From: Steroidobacteraceae bacterium
GTDB taxonomy: Bacteria > Pseudomonadota > Gammaproteobacteria > Steroidobacterales > Steroidobacteraceae
Length of the DNA stretch: 49,249 nt
Direction: 5' to 3'
NCBI GenBank assembly: GCA_035603615.1
Contig: DATNKC010000446.1
Location: 1 to 49,249 of the forward strand
Both the position numbers and the translations under genes were made by a program. A model generated the notes under the pieces. It ran no database searches. It saw only the letters and a list, made by a program, of their open reading frames with translations, and was not told the DNA's origin. This document shows positions 8,764 to 18,344 of this stretch, one piece after another (the stretch's first letter is position 1; the number at the start of each line of letters is the position of its first letter).

Positions 8764-10050
8764 CTACGCCGGCAACTGCGCTTGACCGATTCGCGCCTGT
8801 CTCAGAGCGAGATAGAGCATGAGCGCGGCACCGATGGCCTGCAATGCGAAACTCGCGCAGGTGGCCTCCGCTGCGCCGATAATGCCGTTGCGGGAAACAA
8901 GCACCAAACTGAACAAGATATTCGTCGCAGCCCCAAGCGCCATGGAAGGCAGCAATCGTGCCGACCGATTGAGCGACAGCAATCGCGTCTCAAAGATCTG
9001 GTTCACGCCGAATATGCCGTAACCCAAAGCGACCCACATCATGACGCCGACAGCTGAGGCGCGGTACTCTTTGGCGAGCAGAATTGATGAAACGAGGCCT
9101 CCTGCGAAGTGCAGGAAAACGAGCGCCGCCGCGCTGAGGCAAACGCTCGTCGCTATCCATGAACGAAATACGCGCTGTGCCTTGGCGGTATCCTGATTTT
9201 CAGCGTCGAAGAGTATCGGCCTGAAAAAATCATTTAATCCTACGTTGACCAGCGCCATGCCGCGGCTCGCGATGGCGAACGGCGCAACATATTCGCCGAC
9301 GGCGCTCGCGCCCAATAAGAATGCCACAGCATACCGATCGGCCAGATTCGCCACCCACGTCAGCATCGACATCGGTACGAATGGCACTCCATAGCTCAAG
9401 ACATTGGAGAGAAATCCGGCATTCGCGCGACCCCGTTCTCCCTTGAGTGCCTTCGGCCAAGGAGCGAGACGAACGAGAGGCATCAAGAGCACGGCGATGG
9501 CGACTACCTGTCCGACCACGTACGACCCGATCGTCGCCGATTGTCTCAACGCCAGCGCGGTCAGAACCGCAAGGAGGATGGACTCGAGCACTTGTATCGC
9601 CGTGTAGGCAGCCTGTCGGCGCTCGGCCTGCAGTCGACTCATCAAGACATTTCGCACTGTCATGGCGATGAGCCAGATCGCGGACGCTCCCGCAGCAAGG
9701 ATTTCCGCCGACTCTCCGTGCCATTGCCGCCAGAGCGAAAATCCGACGCTGCAGACAATTGCCAAAACGAGCGCGGCGCGCAGCGACCAAACGAGCGATT
9801 CCCGCGTGAACTGGCCGCCGTCTCCGCGCGCCTGTGCTTGCGAATGAAAGCGTAGCTGCGAAGCCGTAAAAGGTGCAATGACTACCTGCATGCCCAAGGC
9901 CAGCGCGCTCAACAGGAGATTTGCCTCACCAAAGACGCCCGGCGGCGCCAGCTCCGTGTAGATTCGCAACGCGGCAACGCCGACGGCGGCCGCGGCAACG
10001 TGACCGGCCAGCACCAAGGCACCGGTGCGTAACGTAGTTTTCGCAGTCAT
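8764..10050 (-). CDS. Polysaccharide/oligosaccharide flippase (Wzx-like, MOP superfamily)
   Basis: 428 aa and hydrophobic throughout, with roughly 12 predicted TM segments. It heads the minus-strand EPS operon. Confidence 0.8.
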   Translation of the reverse strand: MTAKTTLRTGALVLAGHVAAAAVGVAALRIYTELAPPGVFGEANLLLSALALGMQVVIAPFTASQLRFHSQAQARGDGGQFTRESLVWSLRAALVLAIVCSVGFSLWRQWHGESAEILAAGASAIWLIAMTVRNVLMSRLQAERRQAAYTAIQVLESILLAVLTALALRQSATIGSYVVGQVVAIAVLLMPLVRLAPWPKALKGERGRANAGFLSNVLSYGVPFVPMSMLTWVANLADRYAVAFLLGASAVGEYVAPFAIASRGMALVNVGLNDFFRPILFDAENQDTAKAQRVFRSWIATSVCLSAAALVFLHFAGGLVSSILLAKEYRASAVGVMMWVALGYGIFGVNQIFETRLLSLNRSARLLPSMALGAATNILFSLVLVSRNGIIGAAEATCASFALQAIGAALMLYLALRQARIGQAQLPA

Positions 10051-10206
10051 CCCTTAAATTACTCGTCGAACATGAACGATTTCTTTCAGCGATCAAACCG
10101 CATCCAAGCCATGTAACAGGATTTACACATATCTCGTGCAGCATGAAATTGGCTACTGTCCAAGAACATTCGGATGAACCCCAACTCTAAGCGGAGCGGT
10201 GGCTAG

Positions 10207-11229
10207 TTGCAGCGCGCGCACCACCGGGTCCTCGTCATTGGATCCAGATACTTGCCGGACGCGATGGAGTGGCACGTCGTCGACGCGCTGCAAAACCTGG
10301 GTCATGAAGTTGCCATCGTGGACACGACCCTGGTTGGCGCGAACTGGGGGCGGCTCTCGAGCGCGCTGGCGTCAAAAGCAATAGACATATTCCTTCGCGA
10401 GCCCGAGCGCAGGGCGGAGCCAAGGCTGCTGCGTAAAGTCGAACAGTTTTCGCCAACCCTGATTCTCGTGATTCTCGGCAGCCAACTTTCGCCAAAGACG
10501 GTTTCACGGCTGCGCAAAGCCACCAAGGCGCCCATCGTGTGCTGGTGTCAGGATCAAATGACGACGCTGGGTCGCCAATACCTGCTCGGCGCTGGATACG
10601 ATGCGATCTTCCTCAAGGATCGTTATATGCAGGATCTGTTCTCCCGCATGATCAAATCCACGTCGTTTTACTACTTGGCGGAGGCTTGCAACCCGCGCGT
10701 GCATCGGCGCATCGAGCTGACTGCGGAAGATGTGTCGCGCTTTGGCTGCGATGTCGGTATCGCATGTACCCTGTACTACTACCGGCAGGAAATCTTGCAG
10801 CAGCTGCGCGAATTTGACCTGAAGCTTTGGGGCACGGTACCGGATTGGCTTCTATATCGGTTGCGCGAGCGCCCCAGGGGGCGCGAAATCTTCACGGACG
10901 ACAAAGCTCGCGCCGCATCTGGCGCTCGCATCTCTTTGAATACATTACATTTTGCAGAAATCAACGGCCTGAATTCGCGTGCCTTCGAACTCGCCGGCTG
11001 TGGGGCCTTTCAAATCGTCACTTCCCGGCCCGTGCTTGAAGAGCACTTTTCGCCTGGCGAGGAAATCGAAACCTTCGACTCTATTGGTGAGTTGATCGAA
11101 AAAATCCGCCATTATTTGCGGCACCCGGAAAGCGCAGCTTCGATCGCGCAGCGCGGCCAGACGCGCGCTTACGCCGAGCACACCTATGAGCACCGGCTAC
11201 AAGAGATTTTTCGCGTCGCGGTAGCTTAG
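10207..11229 (+). CDS. CgeB-family glycosyltransferase (second copy)
   Basis: 340 aa with a TTG start and GGAG 12 nt upstream. The C-terminus ...LNTLHFAEINGLNSRAFELAGCGAFQIVTSRPVLEEHFSPGEEIETF...RGQTRAYAEHTYEHR follows the same family pattern as 6811..8022. Confidence 0.8.
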   Translation: MQRAHHRVLVIGSRYLPDAMEWHVVDALQNLGHEVAIVDTTLVGANWGRLSSALASKAIDIFLREPERRAEPRLLRKVEQFSPTLILVILGSQLSPKTVSRLRKATKAPIVCWCQDQMTTLGRQYLLGAGYDAIFLKDRYMQDLFSRMIKSTSFYYLAEACNPRVHRRIELTAEDVSRFGCDVGIACTLYYYRQEILQQLREFDLKLWGTVPDWLLYRLRERPRGREIFTDDKARAASGARISLNTLHFAEINGLNSRAFELAGCGAFQIVTSRPVLEEHFSPGEEIETFDSIGELIEKIRHYLRHPESAASIAQRGQTRAYAEHTYEHRLQEIFRVAVA

Positions 11230-11278
11230 ACAACCGCGAATCACATATGCGTCATACGCGCGCGCCATACTTGCCGAT

Positions 11279-13183
11279 ATGTGTGGAATTCTGGGGATTT
11301 TCAGCCCGTCGGGTTTGCGGCCGTTGCCCGAGGCATTTGCCAGCGCTTTGAATCGTCTCAATCTGAGGGGCCCGGACGACTCGGGCATTTGGCGTGATGA
11401 GCATGTGCAGTTTGGGCACAGGCGTCTTGCCGTGGTGGATCTGTCGGCGGCCGGTCATCAACCGATGCAGTCGTATGATCACCGCTATGCGATCGTCTTC
11501 AACGGAGAGATCTACAACCACCAGGAGCTGAGAGCAAATCTCAATCCCGCCATGCCCTGGCGAAGTTCCTCCGATACGGAGACGCTGATTGAAGCTTACC
11601 GCCGGTGGGGCGTCGCATGCCTATCGCACCTCAATGGAATGTTTGCCTTCGCGATATGGGACAAGATCGAGAGAACACTCTTCATCGCCCGCGATCGCAT
11701 GGGCGTCAAGCCCCTCTATTATGCGCAGCGCAACGGGGAATTCGCATTTGCCTCGCGACCCAGTTCCCTCACCGCGCTATTCGAAGAAGGCAGTATCGAG
11801 ATTGATACGGAGGCGTTGCAGACCTATCTCGAATTGGGCTACGTTCCGGCGCCTTTGTCATTCCATCGTGGCATGCAAAAGCTGCCCGCAGCTCACTATT
11901 TATTGATCGATGCGCGGGGAAGCCGCCGGGTGCGCTACTGGGACTTCCGCTGTATCGAGCCCGAGCAAAGTTGGCTGGCACGTCCCGAGGAAGAACTGGT
12001 AGACGAGTTGCAGGCATTGATATCGAGTGCCGTGAAGATGCGCCTGATGAGCGATGTGCCGCTCGGTGCGTTCCTCTCAGGGGGCGTGGATAGCGCGCTG
12101 ATCGTGGCCGCGATGAAATCCGCGGGCGTCGATCATCCGAAGACCTTCACCATCGGCTTCAAGGAGGCCCAATTCAATGAGGGCCCCGCGGCCGCCGGCG
12201 TTGCAAAAACCTTGGGTGTCGAGCACATCGTGGAAAATGTGGATGTCGACGGATTGCTCGAATTGTTGCCGACTTATATTGATCAATACGACGAGCCTTT
12301 CGCCGATTCCTCTGCGTTTCCCACCATGGCCGTGGCGCGGCTCGCGCGCCGCCATGTCACAGTGGCCTTGACAGGCGATGGCGCGGATGAACTCTTTGGC
12401 GGCTATCACTACTACCCGCTGATGGATCGAATTATGCCGTTGACTCGTCGCAGCCCTACATTCAAGCGAACGGTGCGGCGACTGTTGAGAAGCCTGCCCT
12501 GGCATCGCGCCAGGCTTCTCGCCGGCGCCCTGCAGTCGGAGGGCCCGGTTGAGTTGTTCAACTATCTGCGCAGCACCGGCAAGGATTATCCTACTCTCTT
12601 GAAGGCCGATCTGAGCCACTCGGGGTGGGGATCGCAGGGACGATTCGAGCAATTCGCGGCTGGATTCACCATCGATCTTCATGGCGCCGAAACAGCAATG
12701 CGGCTTGACGCCGGCTTCACCCTGCCGGATTTGTTCCTGCAGAAAGTCGATGTCGCGACCATGGCCTTTTCCTTGGAGGCTCGCTGTCCGATGACGGACT
12801 ACCGCCTGGTCGAATGGTCCATGCGATTGCCGCTGCAATTCAAATTGCGCGATGGCCAGAGCAAGTATCTCTTGAAGAAGGTGCTGTGCCGACACTTGCC
12901 GGCCGCGCAGGTTTACCGTCCAAAAATGGGGTTCGGGGTGCCCATCGCCGAGTGGTTGCGAGGACCGCTTCGACATTGGGCCCACGCGTTAATTTACGAT
13001 GAGGCGTTGATGTCGCGGCTGCCGCTCGAGCCGAAACGCGTACGCGAGTTGCTGCGCCAGCAATTGAATGGCGAACGCGAATCGCACCCGTTATTGTGGA
13101 GTGTGCTGATGTTGCTGTGTTTCATGCAACGTCACGATCGGCAGCGGGCTCTCCCTGCGATGAACTACCGGCGAGTCGCGTGA
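11279..13183 (+). CDS. asnB: Asparagine synthase (glutamine-hydrolysing) family amidotransferase, EPS/exosortase-locus type
   Basis: 634 aa. N-terminal nucleophile MCGILGIF. Class-II GATase domain plus the synthetase domain SGGVDSALI PP-loop. Confidence 0.95.
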   Translation: MCGILGIFSPSGLRPLPEAFASALNRLNLRGPDDSGIWRDEHVQFGHRRLAVVDLSAAGHQPMQSYDHRYAIVFNGEIYNHQELRANLNPAMPWRSSSDTETLIEAYRRWGVACLSHLNGMFAFAIWDKIERTLFIARDRMGVKPLYYAQRNGEFAFASRPSSLTALFEEGSIEIDTEALQTYLELGYVPAPLSFHRGMQKLPAAHYLLIDARGSRRVRYWDFRCIEPEQSWLARPEEELVDELQALISSAVKMRLMSDVPLGAFLSGGVDSALIVAAMKSAGVDHPKTFTIGFKEAQFNEGPAAAGVAKTLGVEHIVENVDVDGLLELLPTYIDQYDEPFADSSAFPTMAVARLARRHVTVALTGDGADELFGGYHYYPLMDRIMPLTRRSPTFKRTVRRLLRSLPWHRARLLAGALQSEGPVELFNYLRSTGKDYPTLLKADLSHSGWGSQGRFEQFAAGFTIDLHGAETAMRLDAGFTLPDLFLQKVDVATMAFSLEARCPMTDYRLVEWSMRLPLQFKLRDGQSKYLLKKVLCRHLPAAQVYRPKMGFGVPIAEWLRGPLRHWAHALIYDEALMSRLPLEPKRVRELLRQQLNGERESHPLLWSVLMLLCFMQRHDRQRALPAMNYRRVA

Positions 13184-14310
13184 ATCCAATACCTCCGCCG
13201 AAGCGCCTGTTGCTTCTGACCACGGAAATCTTCGCCAACGGCGGCATTCAGCGCTTCAATCAAACAATGCTCGCGGCATATGGCGGATGCCATGTGACAT
13301 GCCGAGTGCTCAGCTTGAACGACAATCCGAGATCAACCGTCGCCGCGGTTTCATACCCCAACATCACCGTGAGCGGCTTCTCGGGTCGCCGCGGACCGTT
13401 TTCACTCGGTGTCCTCCGCGCTCTCTGGGGAAGCCGCTTTGATTGGGTGCTCGTTGGCCACCTCAACTTTCTCGGGCCTGTCGTTGCCGCACTGGCATTG
13501 AAAATCTTCCAGCGCGACAAGCGCATCGCACTTTTTGCACATGGAATCGAAGTCTGGACCGGCATTGGTCTCCTGCGCCGCCTGGCGCTTTCACGTACCC
13601 GAAAGATTCTATGCGTCAGCCGTTACACTCGCCGCCGCATTCTCGATCAGGCGCCGCGCATTCCGCCGGAGCGGCTGGTCCTGTTTCCCAATGCGCTTTC
13701 GGAAACTTGGCGATCGGCAGCGCGGGACGAGCCGGCCCACTCCCTTCCAGATCGGTTCATTCTGTCGGTCACCCGCCTGGAAAGGAGCGACCGATACAAG
13801 GGGATTGTGACCGTCATTGAAGCGTTAGGCATGCTTGCTGATGATGGCATGCACTATTGCGTCATCGGCAGCGGGGATGACCTGCCCTTTCTGCAGCAGG
13901 TCGCAGAGCGCTGCGGCGTTTCGCATCGAGTGCATTTTTTGGCTGACGCCAAGGATGCTGATCTGATTTCGTACTATGAAAAATGCGCGGCGTTCGTGCT
14001 CCCGAGCGGCGGCGAAGGCTTCGGAATAGTCTTTCTCGAGGCGATGTATTTCGGCGCGCCAGTGATTGCCGCCCGGGAAAAGGGCGCGTTGGATGTAGTT
14101 CGAGATCAAGAAACGGGATTGCTGGTGAGATTCGGCGACAGTATCGCGCTCAAGGAGGCGATCGAGCGTCTCGGAGCGGACTTGGAACTGCGTGAACGGT
14201 TGCGGGTCGCGGGCCGCGCAACTGTGACCGGCCGCGGTCCATTCACCTATACCCGCTTTGCTGAACGATGCGCCGAGGTCTTTGAACTTGGCGAAGTGCA
14301 GACTGCATGA
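13180..14310 (+). CDS. Glycosyltransferase family 4
   Basis: The GTG at 13180 overlaps the asnB TGA (GTGA), so I prefer it to the track start at 13096, which lies inside asnB. The EX7E region is LPSGGEGFGIVFLEAMYFGAPVIA. Confidence 0.85.
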   Translation: MNPIPPPKRLLLLTTEIFANGGIQRFNQTMLAAYGGCHVTCRVLSLNDNPRSTVAAVSYPNITVSGFSGRRGPFSLGVLRALWGSRFDWVLVGHLNFLGPVVAALALKIFQRDKRIALFAHGIEVWTGIGLLRRLALSRTRKILCVSRYTRRRILDQAPRIPPERLVLFPNALSETWRSAARDEPAHSLPDRFILSVTRLERSDRYKGIVTVIEALGMLADDGMHYCVIGSGDDLPFLQQVAERCGVSHRVHFLADAKDADLISYYEKCAAFVLPSGGEGFGIVFLEAMYFGAPVIAAREKGALDVVRDQETGLLVRFGDSIALKEAIERLGADLELRERLRVAGRATVTGRGPFTYTRFAERCAEVFELGEVQTA

Positions 14311-15140
14311 GCGGCGTTTCGATACTCATTTTGACCCTCAACGAGGAGATCAATCTTCCGGCGTGCATCGATTCCTGCGCCTGGTCCGACGACATCGTGG
14401 TATTCGACTCCATGAGCAAAGATCGCACGCTGCAGTTCGCGCAGGAAAAAGGCGCGCGCATAGTGCAGCGCCATTTCGACAATTACGCGGCGCAGCGAAA
14501 CGCGGCGCTGACGACGGTTGACTACAAACATCCCTGGGTGCTGATGGTGGATGCGGACGAGCGGGTGACCCCCGAACTCGCGCGCGAGATTGCAAAGGCC
14601 GTTAGCGGCGCGAGTGCCGATGTCGCGATGTTCCGCATGCGCCGCAAGGACTATTTTCTCGGCAAATGGCTCAGGCGCAGCAGCGGGTACCCAACGTGGT
14701 TTGGCCGACTGGTACGGGTCGGGCGCATACGCGTGGAGCGCGAGGTTAACGAGGAATACATCGCCGATGGAAGGGTCGGGCACCTGGACGCCCATTTGCA
14801 TCATTATCCGTTCAATAACGGGATTGCCTATTGGTTCGAGCGGCACAATCGATATTCCACCATGGAGGCGGCGGCCAAGGCGCGTGTCCGCGATGAGCCG
14901 ATCGCGATGGGTGCACTGATGAGCGGCGACCCGATCGATCGCAGACGGGCATTGAAACGGATGCTCTACCGTATGCCGCTGCGACCGATGATCATTTTTC
15001 TTTACCTGTACATCGTCAGGCTTGGAATTCTGGATGGCCGCGCAGGATTTCATTTCAGCCGGATGCGCGCCGCCTATGAAATGTTGATTGACCTGAAAGT
15101 GATCGAGGCAAGGCGTCGCCAACACGATCTGGCAATGTGA
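14307..15140 (+). CDS. Glycosyltransferase family 2
   Basis: 277 aa. The ATG overlaps the upstream TGA (ATGA). N-terminus VSILILTLNEEINLPACIDS and DxD-type MVDADE. Confidence 0.9.
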   Translation: MSGVSILILTLNEEINLPACIDSCAWSDDIVVFDSMSKDRTLQFAQEKGARIVQRHFDNYAAQRNAALTTVDYKHPWVLMVDADERVTPELAREIAKAVSGASADVAMFRMRRKDYFLGKWLRRSSGYPTWFGRLVRVGRIRVEREVNEEYIADGRVGHLDAHLHHYPFNNGIAYWFERHNRYSTMEAAAKARVRDEPIAMGALMSGDPIDRRRALKRMLYRMPLRPMIIFLYLYIVRLGILDGRAGFHFSRMRAAYEMLIDLKVIEARRRQHDLAM

Positions 15141-15154
15141 GTGCGTGTCTTGAC

Positions 15155-16423
15155 TCAAACCGCCGCCGTCGCCCGGTCTGCCACTTCTGTCAACAGTGTC
15201 CTCCAGCTTGCCAGCGCGAGCTTCGTCGAAAAGCACGAACACAGCAGTGCGCGCGCGGCCAGCCCCATCGCGGCAAGCTGATCTCTGTCGCCTTCCAGAG
15301 TTCTTATCGCTTCAGCGAGCGCTTCCGAGTTGCCGGGAGCGATCACCAGCCCGCAATGGGCGGCGCGAATCACCCGTGACAATTCGCCGTCTCGATCGCC
15401 GATAAACAGCACCGCACGGCCGGCGGCCAGAATGCCATAGAATTTACTGGGCACGATCAGCCCTTCCAGAGAGGGAATCAGGCTGACCAGATGCAGGTCT
15501 GCCGCCGCGAGACTATCTTCCAACTCCGCGCGCGGCTGATAGGGAAGGAAGCGAAGATTAGGCATGCCGCGCAGCTCAGCTTCCGATTGCAGGGCGGCCA
15601 TATTGGCTCCCGCACCAATGAATAAGAACACGAAACGCGGGTCCGACTGCAAGGCCTCGGCGGCGCCGAGAATGGTGTCGTATTCATGCGCACGCCCTAA
15701 ATTCCCCGAATAGCCGATCACGAATTTGTCGGTCAATCCCAGACGCGACCGCAGCGAGCTGTCGCGGATGGATTTTGCGCGAATCAAGTCGGGGTCCGCC
15801 GAATTCTCGATGATCTTGCACTTGGATTTGGGCACGCCGCGAGTTCCGAGGTACTCGAGCATTCGGCTGCCCAGTACCACGTTGGCTTTGGCGACCCGTA
15901 GCGACGTATCCCGAAGAGTACGCAGGAAGCGTCCAAGAATCGCTGGCAAGGGCATGACTCCCAATTGCGATGCCACCTCGGGAAATATGTCTTGCAGCCA
16001 ATTGATCAGAAAGGCGCCTTTGAGCCGCGCTGCGGCGGCCGCGACTATCGAAATCAGCGGCGGATCCGTTTTCGCGACGACGATATCCGTGCGGCGAAGC
16101 AATCGGATCAGGGCAGCGGCAGACGTTATATAGAAAGACGTGTAGTCCAGTGCGCGACCCAACAAGCGCCGGCGTCCAAACCGCGTAGTCCAGACGCGGT
16201 GTATCACGACTCCACGCGCGTCCTCGCGTGCCGCAAGTCGCGCAATCGGGTTTTCGTAAAGCTGGCGCGAGCACACGATGTGCACTTCGATTCCACCCGC
16301 CGAAAGGCCGATCGCCAGGTCTGTCAATAACTGCGCGGTCGCGGACTCATCTGGGTAGTAGTACCGATTGACGAACACCACCCGCAGTGCGGATTGGGGT
16401 GCGGACTGAATTTCGCTATGCAT
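15155..16423 (-). CDS. Glycosyltransferase family 4 (WcaI-like)
   Basis: The ATG at 16423 (MHSEIQSAP...) is chosen to avoid overlapping the upstream gene. Motifs VVFVNRYYYPDESATAQLLTDLA and ...LVSLIPSLEGLIVPSKFYGILAAGRAVLFIG. Its stop lies only 14 nt from the convergent GT2 stop. Confidence 0.85.
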   Translation of the reverse strand: MHSEIQSAPQSALRVVFVNRYYYPDESATAQLLTDLAIGLSAGGIEVHIVCSRQLYENPIARLAAREDARGVVIHRVWTTRFGRRRLLGRALDYTSFYITSAAALIRLLRRTDIVVAKTDPPLISIVAAAAARLKGAFLINWLQDIFPEVASQLGVMPLPAILGRFLRTLRDTSLRVAKANVVLGSRMLEYLGTRGVPKSKCKIIENSADPDLIRAKSIRDSSLRSRLGLTDKFVIGYSGNLGRAHEYDTILGAAEALQSDPRFVFLFIGAGANMAALQSEAELRGMPNLRFLPYQPRAELEDSLAAADLHLVSLIPSLEGLIVPSKFYGILAAGRAVLFIGDRDGELSRVIRAAHCGLVIAPGNSEALAEAIRTLEGDRDQLAAMGLAARALLCSCFSTKLALASWRTLLTEVADRATAAV

Positions 16424-16439
16424 GATGCGGCGATCTTGC

Positions 16440-17441
16440 TTAGTGGGGATCGCCATACGGGCGTGCCAATGGTTCGCCGATGAATAGCCCCTGGCCTGGC
16501 ATTTCCACACTTTTCCAATACGCCTCGAGCAGCGTATCCCCGCGGAGATAGTGGTTCATAAAAACTGCAGGGTTTGGAAATTTGGTGATCCTGTTGCAGG
16601 GTTCCGATACCGCACCGTAGGAGCCGGTTGCTCCCTGGTTCAGCCACGCCAAGGCCGACATTTGGCTGCCGCCTTGGAGCACGCCTCCGGCCGAAGTCAA
16701 ATGATCGGCGACGGCGCCTGGCCGAAATCCGAGCTTGTCTAGTTCATCGACGCGCGTCGCACCGGTGAAATAGGCCACGATGTCCGACGGCGCCGCGTCA
16801 ACTGGCGTCGTCAACTCTCGCACCCGCAGGCGGCTTGATAGCAGTGTTTTGGTGTCGGGATACTCCACCGCCCTGACATTGCGTATCGCATCCTGGCTCC
16901 GAACCAAGTACATCGTGCCGCCTGGTCGCGAGCCATCGGCCTCGATTCCTCGATCGATCAGTGCACGGGCCATTGCTTCATGCTCGCTGGGCAACAGCAT
17001 GGCGGGCAACCAACCGACCGTGTCTGCGGGCAGCCAACCGTTGTTGTCGAACAATGGATTGCGCGTAGTGTCCGCGCAACCCGGTTCACAGAACCCAGGC
17101 TGAAAGCCCGCTGCCATTGCTGTGGTAATCGACATGCACTCGACGGCATAGGGTTTGGACCAGATCACGAGCAAGGACTGTACATTTGAGGGCAGCACAG
17201 CGAGGACTTGGGTACGCAAACGCGAGAGTTCAGTGCGGTTGATGACGGGAGAATCGGAAACGGACAAACCCACCAGGTTCCCAGGAGGGATATGCCGTTG
17301 TATCGCATAGTATTGTGCGATACGCGCGCTGGCTGGAACGTTGCGGTTGTATATCAGGCCGAGCCGATCTGGCGTTAGACCTTCGGCTCTTGATTCAAAG
17401 GCATATAGCGCCAGGCCCAACAGCAGGACTCGGCGGAACAT
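16440..17441 (-). CDS. Secreted conserved hypothetical protein of the EPS locus (resembles the uncharacterised family annotated TIGR03790-type, from memory)
   Basis: 333 aa. Signal peptide MFRRVLLLGLALYAFESRAEG. The N-terminal LGLIYNRNVPASARIAQYYAIQRHIP pattern is present. Conserved-looking His (VADHLTSAGG) and Cys (GAVSEPC). Gaps to both neighbours are 12-16 nt. Confidence 0.75.
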   Translation of the reverse strand: MFRRVLLLGLALYAFESRAEGLTPDRLGLIYNRNVPASARIAQYYAIQRHIPPGNLVGLSVSDSPVINRTELSRLRTQVLAVLPSNVQSLLVIWSKPYAVECMSITTAMAAGFQPGFCEPGCADTTRNPLFDNNGWLPADTVGWLPAMLLPSEHEAMARALIDRGIEADGSRPGGTMYLVRSQDAIRNVRAVEYPDTKTLLSSRLRVRELTTPVDAAPSDIVAYFTGATRVDELDKLGFRPGAVADHLTSAGGVLQGGSQMSALAWLNQGATGSYGAVSEPCNRITKFPNPAVFMNHYLRGDTLLEAYWKSVEMPGQGLFIGEPLARPYGDPH

Positions 17442-17453
17442 CGGCGTCCTATC

Positions 17454-18332
17454 TTAAGCCGCGCCGTTGTTGGGTATTCCCACAGGGGCCATTCTCAACT
17501 CCATTGCGCTAGACATTGCGGGAAGCGCGACGCCGTTGCCGCGATCCCGAAGCACCTGGGCAATCAAATCAGCATCAATCGTCTTACGGCCATCGGCAAA
17601 TGCATACAGCAACCCGAAATCGCACAGCTGATTCACCAAGCGCGGAATTCCTTTGGTGCGCGCATGCACAAGCTCAATGGCATCCGCCGAGAACAACGCG
17701 GGTGACCCTCCTGCTATCTCGAGCCGATGGCGCACATATGCGAGAGTTTCGGTTCGATCGAGAGGCTTCAAGTGAAAATCGACGGACACGCGTTGCGCGA
17801 ATTGAATCATTTCCGGGTTCGACAGCTTTTCACGCAGCTCCGGCTGACCCACCAAGAGGACTTGTAATATGAGATCCTGTTCAGAATTTACGTTGGATAG
17901 CAGGCGCAGCTCTTCCAACACCTGGAGCGACAAATTTTGCGCTTCATCGATGATGAGGAGCGTACGACGCCCTACAGCGTACTGGCTTACGAACGAATCG
18001 ACCAATGCTGAATATTGCCCGACGTCTGAATTGTCCGCCGGCACGACTCCCAGTGCGGAAAGCGCCCAGCTATGAATGGATTTGAACTGGCCATGGGTGT
18101 GGCTTACGAGTCCGACCACAACTCGATCGCCCAAACCGCGCAGCAGATGCCGCACGAGCATGGTTTTGCCGCAACCGATATCGCCAGTCAACAAAGAAAA
18201 CGCCGCCTGCGATTCCAAACCATATTCGAGCATGGTCATGCCCATGGCGTGCTGGCGCGACGGATAAAGAAATGCCGGATCCGGCGTCAGTGAAAACGGC
18301 TTTGTCCTGAAGCCAAAATGGCGCTCATACAT
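17454..18332 (-). CDS. ExeA-like AAA ATPase, PEP-CTERM/exosortase-locus subfamily
   Basis: 292 aa. MYERHFGFRTKPFSLTPDPAFLY N-terminus. Walker A GDIGCGKTML and Walker B LLIIDEAQ. Confidence 0.9.
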   Translation of the reverse strand: MYERHFGFRTKPFSLTPDPAFLYPSRQHAMGMTMLEYGLESQAAFSLLTGDIGCGKTMLVRHLLRGLGDRVVVGLVSHTHGQFKSIHSWALSALGVVPADNSDVGQYSALVDSFVSQYAVGRRTLLIIDEAQNLSLQVLEELRLLSNVNSEQDLILQVLLVGQPELREKLSNPEMIQFAQRVSVDFHLKPLDRTETLAYVRHRLEIAGGSPALFSADAIELVHARTKGIPRLVNQLCDFGLLYAFADGRKTIDADLIAQVLRDRGNGVALPAMSSAMELRMAPVGIPNNGAA

Positions 18333-18344
18333 GGGGAGAGCGCC

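Noticed and set aside
12077-12985. 302-aa ORF antisense to asnB
   Set aside because: It lies wholly inside the highly confident asnB CDS on the opposite strand, and its sequence is Arg/Gly/His-rich. This is a typical GC-rich antisense artefact.
14247-15242. 331-aa ORF antisense to the GT2 gene
   Set aside because: Same reasoning: it covers the GT2 CDS and the convergent junction and has no domain-like sequence.
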